From Macrostomum lignano (Eukaryota), in assembly GCA_002269645.1 (NCBI GenBank), contig NIVC01001797.1, positions 62,001 to 126,000 on the forward strand: a stretch of 64,000 nt of DNA. Direction: 5' to 3'. The translations under genes and the position numbers were made by a program. The notes under the pieces were generated by a model, which had not been told where the DNA came from, did not search any database, and saw nothing but the letters and a program-made list of their open reading frames with translations. Positions 35,055 to 47,749 of this stretch are shown one piece after another; the first letter of the stretch is position 1; every line of letters begins with the position of its first letter.

Positions 35055-36140
35055 GGATTTCGATGACGTTTTCTCGGACTTTGATGACATTTTCACTGAC
35101 TTTGATTGTTTTTTCGGATTTCGATGACGGCGTTTGATGACGTTTTCTTTGGGTTTGATGACGTTTTCTTTGGGTTTGATGACGTTTTCTTTGGGTTTGA
35201 TGACGTTTTCTTGAAGTTTGATGACGTTTTCTTTGGGTTTGATGACGTCTTAGGGTTTGATGACGTTTTCTCGGAGTCTGATGACGTTTTCTCGGAGTCT
35301 GATGACGTTTTCTCGGAGTCTGATGACGTTTTCTTTGGGTTTGATGACGTTTTCTTGAAGTTTGATGACTGTTTCTTGAAGTTTGATGACTGTTTCTTGA
35401 AGTTTGATTACGTTTTCTTTGGGTTTGATGACGTTTTCTTTGGGTTTGATGACGTTTTCTTGAAGTTTGATGACGTTTTCTTTGGGTTTGATGACGTTTT
35501 CTTTGGGTTTGATGACGTTTTCTTTGGGTTTGATGACGTTTTCTTTGGGTTTGATGACGTTTTCTTTGGGTTTGATGACGTTTTCTTTGGGTTTGATGAC
35601 GTTTTCTTGAAGTTTGATGACGTTTTCTTTGGGTTTGATGACGTCTTCTTAGGGTTTGATGACGTTTTTTCGGAGTCTGATGACGTTTTCTCGGAGTCTG
35701 ATGACGTTTTCTCGGAGTCTGATGACGTTTTATTTGGGTTTGATGACGTTTTCTTTGGGTTTGATGACGTTTTCTTGAAGTTTGATGACGTTTTCTTGAA
35801 GTTTGATGACGTTTTCTTTGGGTTTGATGACGTCTTCTTAGGGTTTGATGACGTTTTTTCGGAGTCTGATGACGTTTTCTCGGAGTCTGATGACGTTTTC
35901 TCGGAGTCTGATGACGTTTTATTTGGGTTTGATGACGTTTTCTTGAAGTTTGATGACGTTTTCTTGAAGTTTGATGACGTCTTCTTAGGGTTTGATGACG
36001 TTTTCTCGGAGTCTGATGACGTTTTCTTTGGGTTTGATGACGTTTTCTTGAAGTTTGATGACGTTTTCTCGGAGTCTGATGACGTTTTCTCGGAGTCTGA
36101 TGACGTTTTTCTGCGAGTCTGATGACGTTTTCTCGGAGTT
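35055..36140. repeat. 21-bp minisatellite TTTGATGACGTTTTCTTTGGG and variants
   Basis: Directly visible; ends about 100 bp before the DEG/ENaC ATG. Confidence 0.97.
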
Positions 36141-36235
36141 TGATAAAGTCAGCTCGGAGTTTAGAGTCGTTACTCTGCCTTCTGCTTCCGCTTCACTACA
36201 TTGATGAAGTCAGTCTCGAACAAATTTCCAGAAGG

Positions 36236-37918
36236 ATGTCCAGCAAGCCGGCTGCAGCCGACAGCCCCGCTGGCAGCTCCGAGGCCCGACCGATACTCGG
36301 CGACGACGCAGAAAATTCCTCCGCTCTGCTGACTGCCGCCGCCGTGTCGGCCGTGGCCGCCGATTGGTCCTCGTCCACCTCGCTGCACGGAGTGGCGCAC
36401 CTGTCAACTACGTCCTGCTGTCGGCGTCTTCTGTGGCTTCTGCTACTGTTGGCCTCTTTGGGTGCTTTTCTGGCCATCTTGGGCACGTTGATTGTGAAGT
36501 ACAGGAGCTACCCAGTCAGCTGGGTGCACGAGGAGAACGTGGTGTCTAGCATGGCCTTCCCAGCAGTAAGTTCACCGTTTATTTTATCCATATTTTCATT
36601 CTAACTCCCTTTTCAGGAAACTCTGTTCTAAAAATTCTAAATGTCTTTTCGCTTCAATTCATTGAAAATAGAATGACATCATTTGTTATTTTACATCCCA
36701 CCAATTACCCATAAGCAATAAAATTTCAGCAATTCCCCTCATGAACCTAGACATCTCAGCAATACCCCCCTGAGCTACAGAATTTCAACGATTCCCTAAT
36801 GAGTCTTTATATAATTGTCATATTTATGGTTGAATCTAATCCTGCTAAGAGTCAGGATTTCAGCAATGTTCTTAAAATATACTTTTATAATATTCAACTG
36901 CTGCAATATTTCAGAAACGAGTTGAAATTAATTTATATTGATTTACAAAGAAGAGGAAGAAAATAATTCCCTTCAATGCGGTTGCGGGTTGGTGCGGGTT
37001 GAAGGCTTCCTTTGCCCGAAAACAGTGAATAGGTCAACAGGTGCAAAAGCAGTTTACGTACCTTACTAAAGGCGACTAAATTAATCCTGCAATTTGCGTA
37101 TTAAAAAATCGTCTCTGCAGACTTGTTGACCCGATAAAGACTATCTGGAATTCTGCCCCAATGTTGGCCTGTTTGTCAATTCAATTTCATGTTTATTCGA
37201 AATTTTGAAATAAGCCAGAGGCGGAAGTGGCGATGTGATTTGTTTAAACGCATTTTGCCTGGCCTTTTCTAAGAAAGTATTAACCTTGCAATTAGCAGAT
37301 TGCTTGCAGTTGTACGCACTTGTTTACCTCCAGGGTTTGCTCAATTTGTAACCTATTATTTGAAGAAAATTTTATGCCAAATTAGAGACTCACGAATGTA
37401 CATCATTGAGAGCAAGGGCTTTGGGGCTGTAGATTGGGGGAGAGACATTTGCGAATGTACATTGAGGGCAAGGGCTTTGGGGCTGTAGATTAGGGGAGAG
37501 AGATTTGTGAATGTACATTGAGGGTAAGGACATACCTACCTACCTACCGACAGACCATTTTTAGTATATGGATATTGGGGGAGAGACATTTGCGAATGTA
37601 CATTGAGGGCAAGAGCTTTGGGGCTGTAGATTAGGGGAGAGAGATTTGCGAATGTACATTGAGGGTAAGGACATACCTACCTACCTACCGACAGACCATT
37701 TTTAATAGTAAGACAAAACTCAATATTATTTGCGACGCGTTTCGGCTAAAACTAGCCATCTTCAGGCACTATCGAACAGAATTTATTTCAACCTATTAAA
37801 TACTGTGTAGACGACAAAATCAGGTATTGAAAAGATATAAAAGGACTAAAGGATCAATGTACAGTATAGCAATGTTCATAATATTTTTTTGTGGAATGAC
37901 AGGACAGAGAAAAAAAAG

Positions 37919-37949
<31 letters not shown>

Positions 37950-38458
37950 GCGTATGCGCCCCAAATGTACTCTAGCTTAGAACACCAACAGCTGTTCACT
38001 CGCACCTCCTCCAGATAGTTGGACATTGAGAGTGGGTTTGTATAACTTAATGTGCAGAGCTTCAAGAATGTTAAGTTTATGCTCATTTTTGTTGTTGTCT
38101 ATGACCTTGAAATGAGAGGTTATGTCTGGCTCATCACAACAACCATGGCATTGCAGCAAATGTTCATGAATCGGAGAGTTTCGTTGCCTATGTTCCTTGG
38201 CTCTCGTGAGTAGGTGTCGCTTGGTTTTACCAATGTAGGTAATGCTCTGGTCAACAGAGTCGCTGTGGTCGCTGTGCCTTGTCTATGACCTCTCATTTCA
38301 AGGTCATAGACAACAACAAAAATGAGCATAAACTTAACATTCTTGAAGCTCTGCACATTAAGTTACACAAACCCACTCTCAATGTCCAACTATCTGGAGG
38401 AGGTGCGAGTGAACAGCTGTTGGTGTTCTAAGCTAGAGTACATTTGGGGCGCATACGC

Positions 38459-38489
<31 letters not shown>

Positions 38490-39389
38490 CTTTTTTTTCT
38501 CTGTCCTGTCATTCCACAAAAAAATATTATGAACATTGCTATACTGTACATTGATCCTTTAGTCCTTTTATATCTTTTCAATACCTGATTTTGTCGTCTA
38601 CACAGTATTTAATAGGTTGAAATAAATTCTGTTCGATAGTGCCTGAAGATGGCTAGTTTTAGCCGAAACGCGTCGCAAATAATATTGAGTTTTGTCTTAC
38701 TATTATCTGTTAAGAGTGCTTCTCTACCGCAAGACCATTTTTAGTATATGGATATTGGGGGAGAGACATATGCGAATGTACATTGAGGGCAAGGGCTTTA
38801 GTGCTGTAGATTAGTGGAGAGAGAGCTGCGAATGTACATTGAGGGCAAGAGCTTTAGGGCTGTAGATTTGGGAGAGGGAGACAGTCCTGCAACAAACCTC
38901 TTTTGGCCCAAGACTCCATCCTTCTGATGAGCCAATTAGCTCATTTTCTCGAATTACTCCAGGTGACGTTGTGCCCACTCAATCCGGTCTCTCGTTACTT
39001 GAGCGCACGCAGTCCAAAAGTGCGCAGCCTGCTAGGCGTGCTGACTCATCAGGACAATGAAAACAGTCTGCCACCGTCAAATCGGCGAAGGTTGAAGCCC
39101 CGAAGGCCGCGCGGTTTCCATCGCTGGAGTCGACTTCGTCAATGCAGGTGGGCACACGCATCGGCGGCCGAGTCCGCCTGGAGGCGCGTCGAGCCCAACA
39201 GGCCGAAGCGGTTGCAGACTCTGCGGGACACCGTGCAGATGGCCCTGGCCGCGCTGTCCGATGCCGAACAGGTGAGACTTAAGGGAGAGAGAGACGAGAG
39301 ATAGAGCAGGGACTTCTCTATATAGCATCTATGTTATATTATATGTTAGATCATATGTTATATGTTAGATGCTATATAGAGAAGTCCCT

Positions 39390-39424
<35 letters not shown>

Positions 39425-41673
39425 GAGAGAGAGGAGAGGTCACGGCGTATTGAGGTCTAAAATTATTGGCTACCGGTTTCAAGCCTCTGGGCTCTTCGTC
39501 AGGCCAAAAGGACCCGTTTCTGTTTCTTCATTGTCCGTCGTCAGCTGATCTTAACTGATGAGCCAGTAGCTAAATTTAATGAAACTTTATTTGAAGGCTC
39601 AATTTTGCTTTAAAAAGCATTGGCAAGATAAAAAGTTCAAAAACAAATCTCTTTGTATGAAGATGCAAGCTTATAAAGTGGCTGAGTGATTGAATTCGAT
39701 TTACAATGTTGGCAATAAATTAAACTTAACTCCATCCCGTGCTTAACTTGGTATCTCCTTTAAAGTGTTTTACGTCCGCCGACTTCTACTGCCAAATCTG
39801 GGGGTGTATAATAATAAATATTCGCAGAAGGGTTGCGGGCACCCTCTGGCACATCGTCCGACAAGCCAGCTCTGAGGCAATTCTGCCCGTTCCGCTGACT
39901 CCTGAGCTACATACAAGTGCAATACAATACTGTGCGCAGACACTCATTCATACGCACGCGCACACAGGGTGTACAGCAGCCCTGACTTCTAATCGTCAGG
40001 CATGAACACTCGCTGTGCCTTGCGGGTTGGCCCTCATGGCCTGTGAACCGCCGCACAACTGAATGTGGCCACCCCCAATCCGCACTGTAAAACTGCACTG
40101 CGCCCTCACACACAGGCCTCCGTGATGCCCAGTCTGGGCGGTCTCATGGCCGACTGCCAGTTCAACGGGCGCCAGTGCACGCCGGAGAATTTCACTGAGA
40201 TTGTCAGCCCGGAGTTCGGTCGCTGTTATTCGTTTAATTTTCGCGGCTCAGAGCGAGTTCGGTCGGCCGGGCCCGACTCGGGCCTGTTCCTGAGCCTGTT
40301 CGCCAACCAGTCCGACTACGTGGCCGGCCTGGCCAACTCGGTCGGCTTCCGCCTGGTGCTGCACCGGCCTGGCGAGCTGCCGCTGTCGGGCAGCGAGGGC
40401 TTCGACCTGGCGCCGGGGCTGCTCACCAGGGTTGGCTTCGCGCCGAGAGTCCAGCTAGTGCTGCCGCCGCCCTACGGCAAGTGCAGGCGAGTTGGAGCCA
40501 AGGAGAATTCTGAGCGGAATCTGTTCAGCGCGATGGTGGCAGATCCGGTAACCAATGCTAGTCTGGTGAAGTACACCAAGGTGAGAGATGCGATGCATTC
40601 ATTCACCACAGACCGCTAAAATTAGAAAGTAAGGACACTTGGTTTCTAGGAAAAAATGAAGGTTAATGGTTTCCAAGAAAGAACATTTTCGAGAGTGTCC
40701 TTTTTCATTTTTTAACATTACCATCGTTCCGAGGGGAACAAAGGGTACAAATACAATATCCACAGACACTGAAAGCTCAAAGGCAGCGTCTCCTTCATAA
40801 AATCTCACGAATGTCTTTGCAAGAATTTTAGAGCTGGGTTATTATTCCTAAAATCAGATTTGTTATAATATTAGTAAAATAATTTAGTATATTAGATAAG
40901 CATAATATCGGTCTCACATGACGATGTCGCTCGATCTATATATTGATAGTGCATTTTTTAAATCGTGAGCTTCCACAAATTTCCAAAATAGGAAGTAGTC
41001 CTGTCCTACTTTTTTAGTCGTATTTTAGGTTGATATACATGAATTAAAAATAGATTATATTCTAAGCCGATCTTATGAAGCCATTTGATGTCTAAACCCC
41101 CAGGCCACCTGCTTACTCTCCTGTACTCAGCGCCTGGCCCTCCAGCATCCGGCCTGTCGCTGCTTCATCCCACGCTACTACGCCCCCGAAGAGATTCGCC
41201 TGGCCAGCAAAGCCTGCGAGATTCGACGCGGCCGCGAGAGCCCCTGCCTGCAGCGGGCGTTCTTGTCAGCCGCGGCAGCCGCCTGCGACGCAGCCTGCCC
41301 CGACCAGTGCAGCCGAGTGCGCTACCGGGCCACCATCAGCGCCTCGGGCTGGCCCACGGCTGTGACATCCACCAGGCTTCTGCACCGTCTTGCTAGTCGC
41401 CACCTGGTGCCAAGCAAACTGATGCGCCGATTATCCCGCGGTCAGCAGAGACAGTTTATCCAGCAGAATGCTTTGGCCGCCTCTGTCTACGTGGAGGAGC
41501 TTCGAATTCGCTTTAGCCGACAGGAGAGCTCCTACGGCCTTGCCGACCTGCTGTCTGACATCGGTGGCCAAGGTGGCCTTTGGCTTGGCGTCAGCTTTTT
41601 AACTGTTTGCGAACCACTCGAAATGCTGGCCAAACTTTTCCAACTCTGCTGCTGTGGTTTCTGGGCTCGGTGA
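36236..41673 (+). CDS. DEG/ENaC family amiloride-sensitive cation channel; exons 36236-36565, 38963-39271, 40116-40580, 41104-41673; about 557 aa
   Basis: STSLHG pre-TM1, TM1, FPA|VTLC, CQFNGRQC, FGRCYSFN, GFRLVLH, PPPYGKC, Cys-rich thumb, and LSDIGGQGGLWLGVS (TM2/filter). All three junctions are GT-AG phase 0. Confidence 0.92.
37731..37770 (-). ncRNA. Minimal type I hammerhead ribozyme motif (inverted copy)
   Basis: Reverse complement of 38638-38677. Confidence 0.85.
38638..38677 (+). ncRNA. Minimal type I hammerhead ribozyme motif
   Basis: UGC-CUGAAGA-U-GGCUA[GUUU]UAGCC-GAAA-CGCG-UC-GCA, with all core nucleotides present and a palindromic CGCG stem III. Confidence 0.85.
39307..39390. mobile_element. 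84-bp MITE with hAT-like CAGGG termini
   Basis: Perfect 25-bp TIR (39307-39331 / 39366-39390) with GATAGAG on both flanks. Confidence 0.75.
39466..39507 (-). ncRNA. Second, unrelated minimal type I hammerhead ribozyme motif
   Basis: Minus strand UUGGC-CUGACGA-A-GAGCC[CAGA]GGCUU-GAAA-CCGG-UA-GCCAA, with a 5-bp stem I and a palindromic CCGG stem III. Confidence 0.8.
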
Positions 41674-43099
41674 AGCTATTTTTGACCCAACAAGTAAAAA
41701 TTTAGAGAGGAAAGGTGTTCACGCACGAGCTTAATTGTTTTGCATCGAGAAGCGATTTAAAACTATTTTACAAAAACCACAGGGAGGAATGTGCACTAAC
41801 TATACTATAACTATAATGTTGAGAGTATAGGCGTTGCTAAGCGGGCTCTCGGATTAAACAAGGCTTCCTGATTATATAGGTTAAAGAGGAGTGTGCTGGC
41901 AATTAGGAATAGAGGAGATCCTTTTGTCTGGAATTTATAAGCTATTCTCAGTTTAAAAAAACCGTTTTAGACAGCATGAAATCGAAAATATAAGACTCGT
42001 GCCAATTGATTCACAATCGTTTATTTAATTCATCAGCTAGCCACTGATTGCTGACTTGAGGACAAATCGGACAGATTCCCAAAGTTGCACAATATTGAAA
42101 GTTACAAACGCGAATTCAGCTATTTTAGAAATGACGTAATTAGAAAAGTTCATTTCGTTTTTTAGTTGCAACCTAAATTATAAATCATCTGAAGTGACAG
42201 GTTTAAAACTTTTAAGTAGGTAAAGCATTTTTTATTTGGAGAAATAAATGACATAATCATATAAAAAATATCCTAAATTTGTTCTTATTTAATAACGGAA
42301 TAATTACGGACAATTTTGTATTATCGAGCCCCGAAAACTTCCAATATTTTACTTCAAGTTATTGTATTTCTAGATCGTCTTGAGTCTAGTAGTGATTATT
42401 TTAAGTAACTTTAGGATTTTAAAAAAATTGGCTTTATGTTTATTAAATGGAAGTTTGAATCTACTTCCTAATTATCTTGTATCATAATTGTAACACTGCT
42501 TTGTCTTTACATAAAAATTTTTAGTTAATATATGTAACTTTCTGTTTGATTCTTTCATTATGATTAATATTGTCTATTAAAATTGATAAAGTATCAGCCT
42601 GCTCAATTTAAAAATGTGTTTACTGGCCTGAGCAAAAGGCTACTTCTACTACTACATGGCTAGTACTATTGTTGTGCTGTATATTTATTATTAACATTAA
42701 ATATCTTTATTTATATGAAATATACAAGTTACATTAATAATATATAATATAGAAATTTTTGAAGCTTGGTAATATAACTGTCTTATTCGGTTTAGCAGGC
42801 CGCCAAGAACCACCAATATTAGGGCCCTTCAAAGTAAAGAATTCTAAAACAGCAAGTGTGCAGCTGCATGCTAAAGAAAATTGGCCAATATTATAGTGCT
42901 AACTGGCCATTCAGATGAATCAGATATTCTTGCATGGTTAAATGTGTCATATTTGCAATAGATTTTAGCAAAGCTGACTAGATAACAAGGACAAAAAAGT
43001 CTATGGTGCTAATATTAAATGCAAATATTTTGAGAGAAAAAACTTAAAATATTGTCTAGCTTTGTTCTACTTTATTAATTGCCAAATCAATTGCAAATA

Positions 43100-44352
43100 C
43101 AAGGGGCATTCAATAAGTTTCTGGACCATAAGAGCCAGTGCACTCTAGGCTGCTCAAAATGTACTCACATGAAAAATGTACATCTCCTGAGATTTGACAT
43201 AAAATATAAAGGTTATACAATAAACCTGAATCTCACAACTTCATTTCAAAGTCACCTATCACCTCCAACTTCAAGTATCTATTATGGAACTATCACGCAT
43301 CCACTGGAGAGCAATGATTTTTTACAACTACAAATGTGGTCTGAACCAATCGCAAAGCTTAGAACCGCTTCGCCTAGCCTTTGGGGATACTGCACCCTCG
43401 AGAACAATTGTCTTTGACTGGTTCGCAGAATTTCGTCGGGGCCGAGTGTCACTTGAAGACGAGGCTCGCGAAGGACAACCCCTGAGTTCAACCACTCAGG
43501 AAGCAGTGGCTGCAATGCAGGCCCTGGTTGAGGAAGACCCGCAGTTGACAGTGCAATAGCTAGCCACTGCTGTTGGCATTTCATTGGGAAGCACCTCAAC
43601 CATCCTACATGAAAGGCTTGGCCTCAACAAGGTGTCAGCACACTGGGTGCCTTATCACCTGACCCAGGAGCAGAAACAGGTCCGGATCGATTGGTGCCAT
43701 TCAATGCTCAAAAGATTCGATAGTGGAAGATCAATGAGCTCCTGGGACATCATCAGTGGTGATGAGACCTGGGTATACTGTTTTGACCCAGAGAGCAAGC
43801 AGCAGTCAGCCTAGTGGACCCCCATTGGCAGCCTGCCACCTTCAAAGCTGGTGCAGTTGCGAAGCGTCGCCAAGTAGATGGTGGCTGTTTTTGTGGCTCG
43901 CAGTGGTCCTGTAGCCATGATTCCGCTGGTAACACAGCGGACAGTGAATGCAGGCTGGTATGTAACCGACTGTATGCCCCAGGTGCTGAATCCATTGCTG
44001 AGAAGTGCCCAAGGACTCGCCATCGTGGGTTGCTGCTCTACTAGGACAACGCCCCGGCTCACACTGCGCAACTAACTGTGGAGTTCATGGAGCAGAATTG
44101 CGTCCAACTGCTTCAGCACCCACCATACAGCCCCAACTTGGCACCATGGAACAGGCCGTTGAGGCCTTCCAAAGTCACCTGTTCGACATCCCTCAGTCAG
44201 AGTGGGCTGGCTGCTTTGCTACTTGGTTTGAAAGGATGAGAAAGTGCACCGAAGCTGCTGGAAAGTACTTCAAAAAGGCCTGACATTTATCTTCCCTCTG
44301 ACGCTTTTCATTTCTGTTTCTATGCATCTAGAAACTTATTGAATGCCCCTCA
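43100..44352 (+). mobile_element. Mariner (Tc1/mariner) DNA transposon, defective
   Basis: 26-bp TIR (CA/TG)AGGGGCATTCAATAAGTTTCT(G/A)GA with TA TSD on both sides. The transposase at 43284-44283 has WVPYHLT, GDETW, DNAPAH and YSPNLAP, plus stops, frameshifts and a deletion. Confidence 0.92.
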
Positions 44353-47300
44353 TATGATAAATTAAAATGCTAAAAGGTATATTATATTACTATGCCACTC
44401 AATTATTACTTAAATAGCTAAAATTAATTGATATATACTAATTTATATACTAACCACATTGATCACCTTTAATATACCAATCTATACTATCATGTCTTAC
44501 CTTAAAAAATTTATTATATAATGTATATATAAAAATTGTAGCTGATAGGCCATGTTTAAGAGTATACATGATATGTAATACAATGTAAGGAGCCTACCAA
44601 TTTTTGGTATTATTATTTGCTATATCCACTATTTTTAGTCCCACAATACTATGCTATATATATTATTATATCCTTCTTATTTCAAATCTCTTAGTCTTTT
44701 CATTGGACTTCCTAGTCTATTGGTATTATAATATAAATATATGATCTGCAAAGCAAAAAAATCTTTTATAGTATATCTTTGGGACTTTGGGTCAGTGGCA
44801 GATCTAGAATTTCATTTGGATTGGAAGGGGGTAATCCAAGTTTGGGATGCCAACATGAGTATAAGAGGCACCAATTTGTATGCTAAAGGCACAAAAAATG
44901 TGTATAGAGGGCAAAAATCAAGTTTAAAGGTGTAAAAATTTGTGTAAAAGGCAAAAAATCAAAGTTTAAAAGGCACAAACTTTGGCATAAGTTTAAAGGT
45001 TTTTAGGGGGTGTAATATGTTCTATCAAGTTGTTTTAGGTGGGACAGCTGCCCCCCCCCCCTAAATCTATCTCTGCCTCTATCTCTGTCTATAATGTATA
45101 AGTATATTTTAAGGGCCAAATAATGAATTTAGCTCATGCTTACTTATGGCTAAATAAGAAAAAAGAAATAAAGGCAAAAATGGAAAAAGATGTTAAATTT
45201 AATAAACTGGTCATAGGCAAAAAAGAAAGAAAATGATAAAGAATGATCTAAAAGACAAACTAAAACTAAAAGATAAAAAGATAAAAGAAAAATAAGAGAA
45301 AAACAAGATCAAATTCAGGTAAAATAGCTCATTGGATAAAAAGTAAAAGAAGAATAAAAGAATCAACATATATCAACTAACAAATTTAATATTCCTTTAT
45401 TCTATTGCTAATGGATTTTTTCCACTATGGACATTTTTAGGAATAGTAAAATTTATTAACAGATAAACAAAATTGTTTATATATATATATATTGATTTGA
45501 GACAATGTTAACATTTAAAATAAATACTAAAATATATAGCATAGCAAGGTACAAAGAATTTAGGTGGAAAGGTATACTTTAGAAAAAATAGATCCAATTT
45601 GCTATCTGGAGTCCAAGCATAAGATTCCAAATTCAAGTTAATATATCTTAGCATATATCAGAGGTCCCCAACCTGTGGTCCACAGCAACTTCCAATAGTT
45701 TGCATTACATGCTGTCACTATATTTCACTGTGCCCTCCCCAAAAATGTTATATGGCTCCCAAAAATATACGCAACCCCCAAAAATTTGGATTACTATTTT
45801 AGCCATTCCTAGCATACAAATGGACATGCAGTCAAGAGCAAAAGTGAAAAGTAGGAAGGAATGCTGGCTAATATCAATAAAAATCATGGCAAATGAGGTG
45901 GGGATTAGGAGGTTAAAAGGGTTGGGGAGTAGGAAGGGAGGGGGAGGCATGCAGCCCACAGACCCCAAGCCAGTTGTCAATGCAGCCTGTCACCTATAGA
46001 AGGGGGACCCCTAGCATACGAGTGAAACAAACTGTAGTGTCCATGTGTGGTTTATAAAATTAAATAAATCATAGCAACTTTATTATAAGATTTGTACAAT
46101 AGTGGATTTAGAGGGAGGCACACAGGGCATGTGCAGTGCATCCCCATTGAGTTTGAATTTATATATTTTTTCTATGGGTAATATGCATTATCATGTACAT
46201 ATATATGTACCTTAGTAATCTGCACCCTCCTCTCATTCAAAGTTTTCTGGTTCTGCACCTGAATTTGTATTCTATTCATAATGATTTGCATGTTTGTATG
46301 CTCCAAAGAGGGTAGAAAATCTTGAGAAAATATGTGCTTAATAGGGAACACTTTCCGTTTTATCTTGTTTTTCTAGATAGACAAGACAAAGATAAACAGT
46401 TTCTCGTCACTACTTATAGTAGTGTGATAACGAGCCAATGTTATATTTATACTTTTTATTAACTTGAGATGCTATAAATTAGGAATAATAGTGATTGCGG
46501 TTAGTTCGTTTTAAAAAAAGCCAAAAAAACTACTCAGATATTGATGTCTTATCCACAATTAGCAAAGCAAGAAAATGGTTCACTCTAGTTTAAAAACTCT
46601 GATGCAATCACAATGACTTTCCTTCTCTTCCCTCTCTTTGTTCCCCTCATTATTCTTTTCGAGTTCCCCATTCAACTGTCAATCATTGGCTGCCGCTCCC
46701 GCATATCTGCAGTAGCGCTTGATTCCCATTGGCTGCCAAACCCTGCAGTTTGAGCATTGAGCTGATTTGCAGAGTTTGCTATTAATAGGGCTGGATATAA
46801 GTGAATATAATAGATACGTAGGTTTGCTTTTGTAATAATTCAGTCTAAGTCTATTCTGGTTCGGTGTTGCCATGCTGTTTAATCAAGCCAGTCGCTTCCT
46901 GCTTGGCATTGACAACGAATCGTCTCCTTATTCTTTATCAACAACGACTCTACCGTTGTCTCGTGTGTCGGCTCTCGATTTTAAATTGCAACAATATGTG
47001 TATTATCAGTTATACGCTTCTATGGTGAGTAGTGCGATGTCTGTGCTTTCAGATGTCTATGGCCTAACCCATCCTATAGACTAAGAGTCTGTGTTTGCTT
47101 TTACCAGTACCGATAAACAACCTGAAACTCGAACACAACAATATGAGTAGCATCTGGTACTATAATAACTGCGAGAGCTGAATTACAAAGTTATTCATTA
47201 TTAAGCTTAAGAGTTTTGAGCTTCTATACAACTAAATGCTATCGATACAGTGCATACAATGGAATTTTATATCTTAACATGAGTTAGTCTGAGAAAGTGA

Positions 47301-47749
47301 CGCTTTTGGGGGAGGTGGGTTCGTATCGTTTTTTTTGTTAACCTGTGTGCAACTGCATCTAAACTTGGTTCTGAACTAGGCATGGCGTGTCTTGTATGTA
47401 TGCTGCATGTTGTGATAGGGCGCACACGCAGAATACATTTCATTGGGGGGGGGGGCGCACTTTCTCTCAATCCGCCGCCGCCCGCCACCGCGCCTCTCTC
47501 TCTCCCTTCTATTTCCTTCGTTATGCATTACCATCATCGTGTGTATATAAATGTTGCCGCAAAGAAATAGAAGAGAGAGAGACTTAAGTTCGTTCCTAGG
47601 GTTTTTTGGCATCGTTTCGTGTTTTTGCTTTTGTGTACGCTATGATTTGTACTGCGACAGAGTTTCCTTTTATTGAGGTAAACAATTCAGTTGTGGGACA
47701 TTTAATGTGAATGTCATTATCATGATTAATTAGCATCGCGTATTTCCAG

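Larger units (their letters stand above)
37703..38705 (-). mobile_element. Penelope-like element 3' fragment with an inverted 3'-end duplication
   Basis: 418-bp inverted arms at 37703-38120 and 38288-38705. The minus strand from 38287 reads YIGKTKRHLLTRAKEH..LNILEALHIKLYKPTLNVQ, a GIY-YIG endonuclease C-terminus. Confidence 0.9.
37395..38880. repeat. About 56-bp degenerate tandem repeat (about 37395-37700 and 38735-38880) split by the Penelope insertion
   Basis: GCAAGGGCTTTGGGGCTGTAGATT...GCGAATGTACATTGAGG occurs on both sides of the insertion. Confidence 0.85.

Noticed and set aside
35106-36122. 338-aa FDDVFFG ORF upstream of ENaC
   Set aside because: It starts at TTG, is a translation of the 21-bp array and stops before the channel ATG.
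39552-39600. CTGATGA...GAAA as a further hammerhead
   Set aside because: No credible stem II, stem III or stem I pairing.
45000-46270. Degenerate MITE-like ends (CCCCCCCTAAATCT, CAGAGGTCCCCAACC, AGTGGATTTAGAGGG)
   Set aside because: Paired TIRs and TSDs could not be established.
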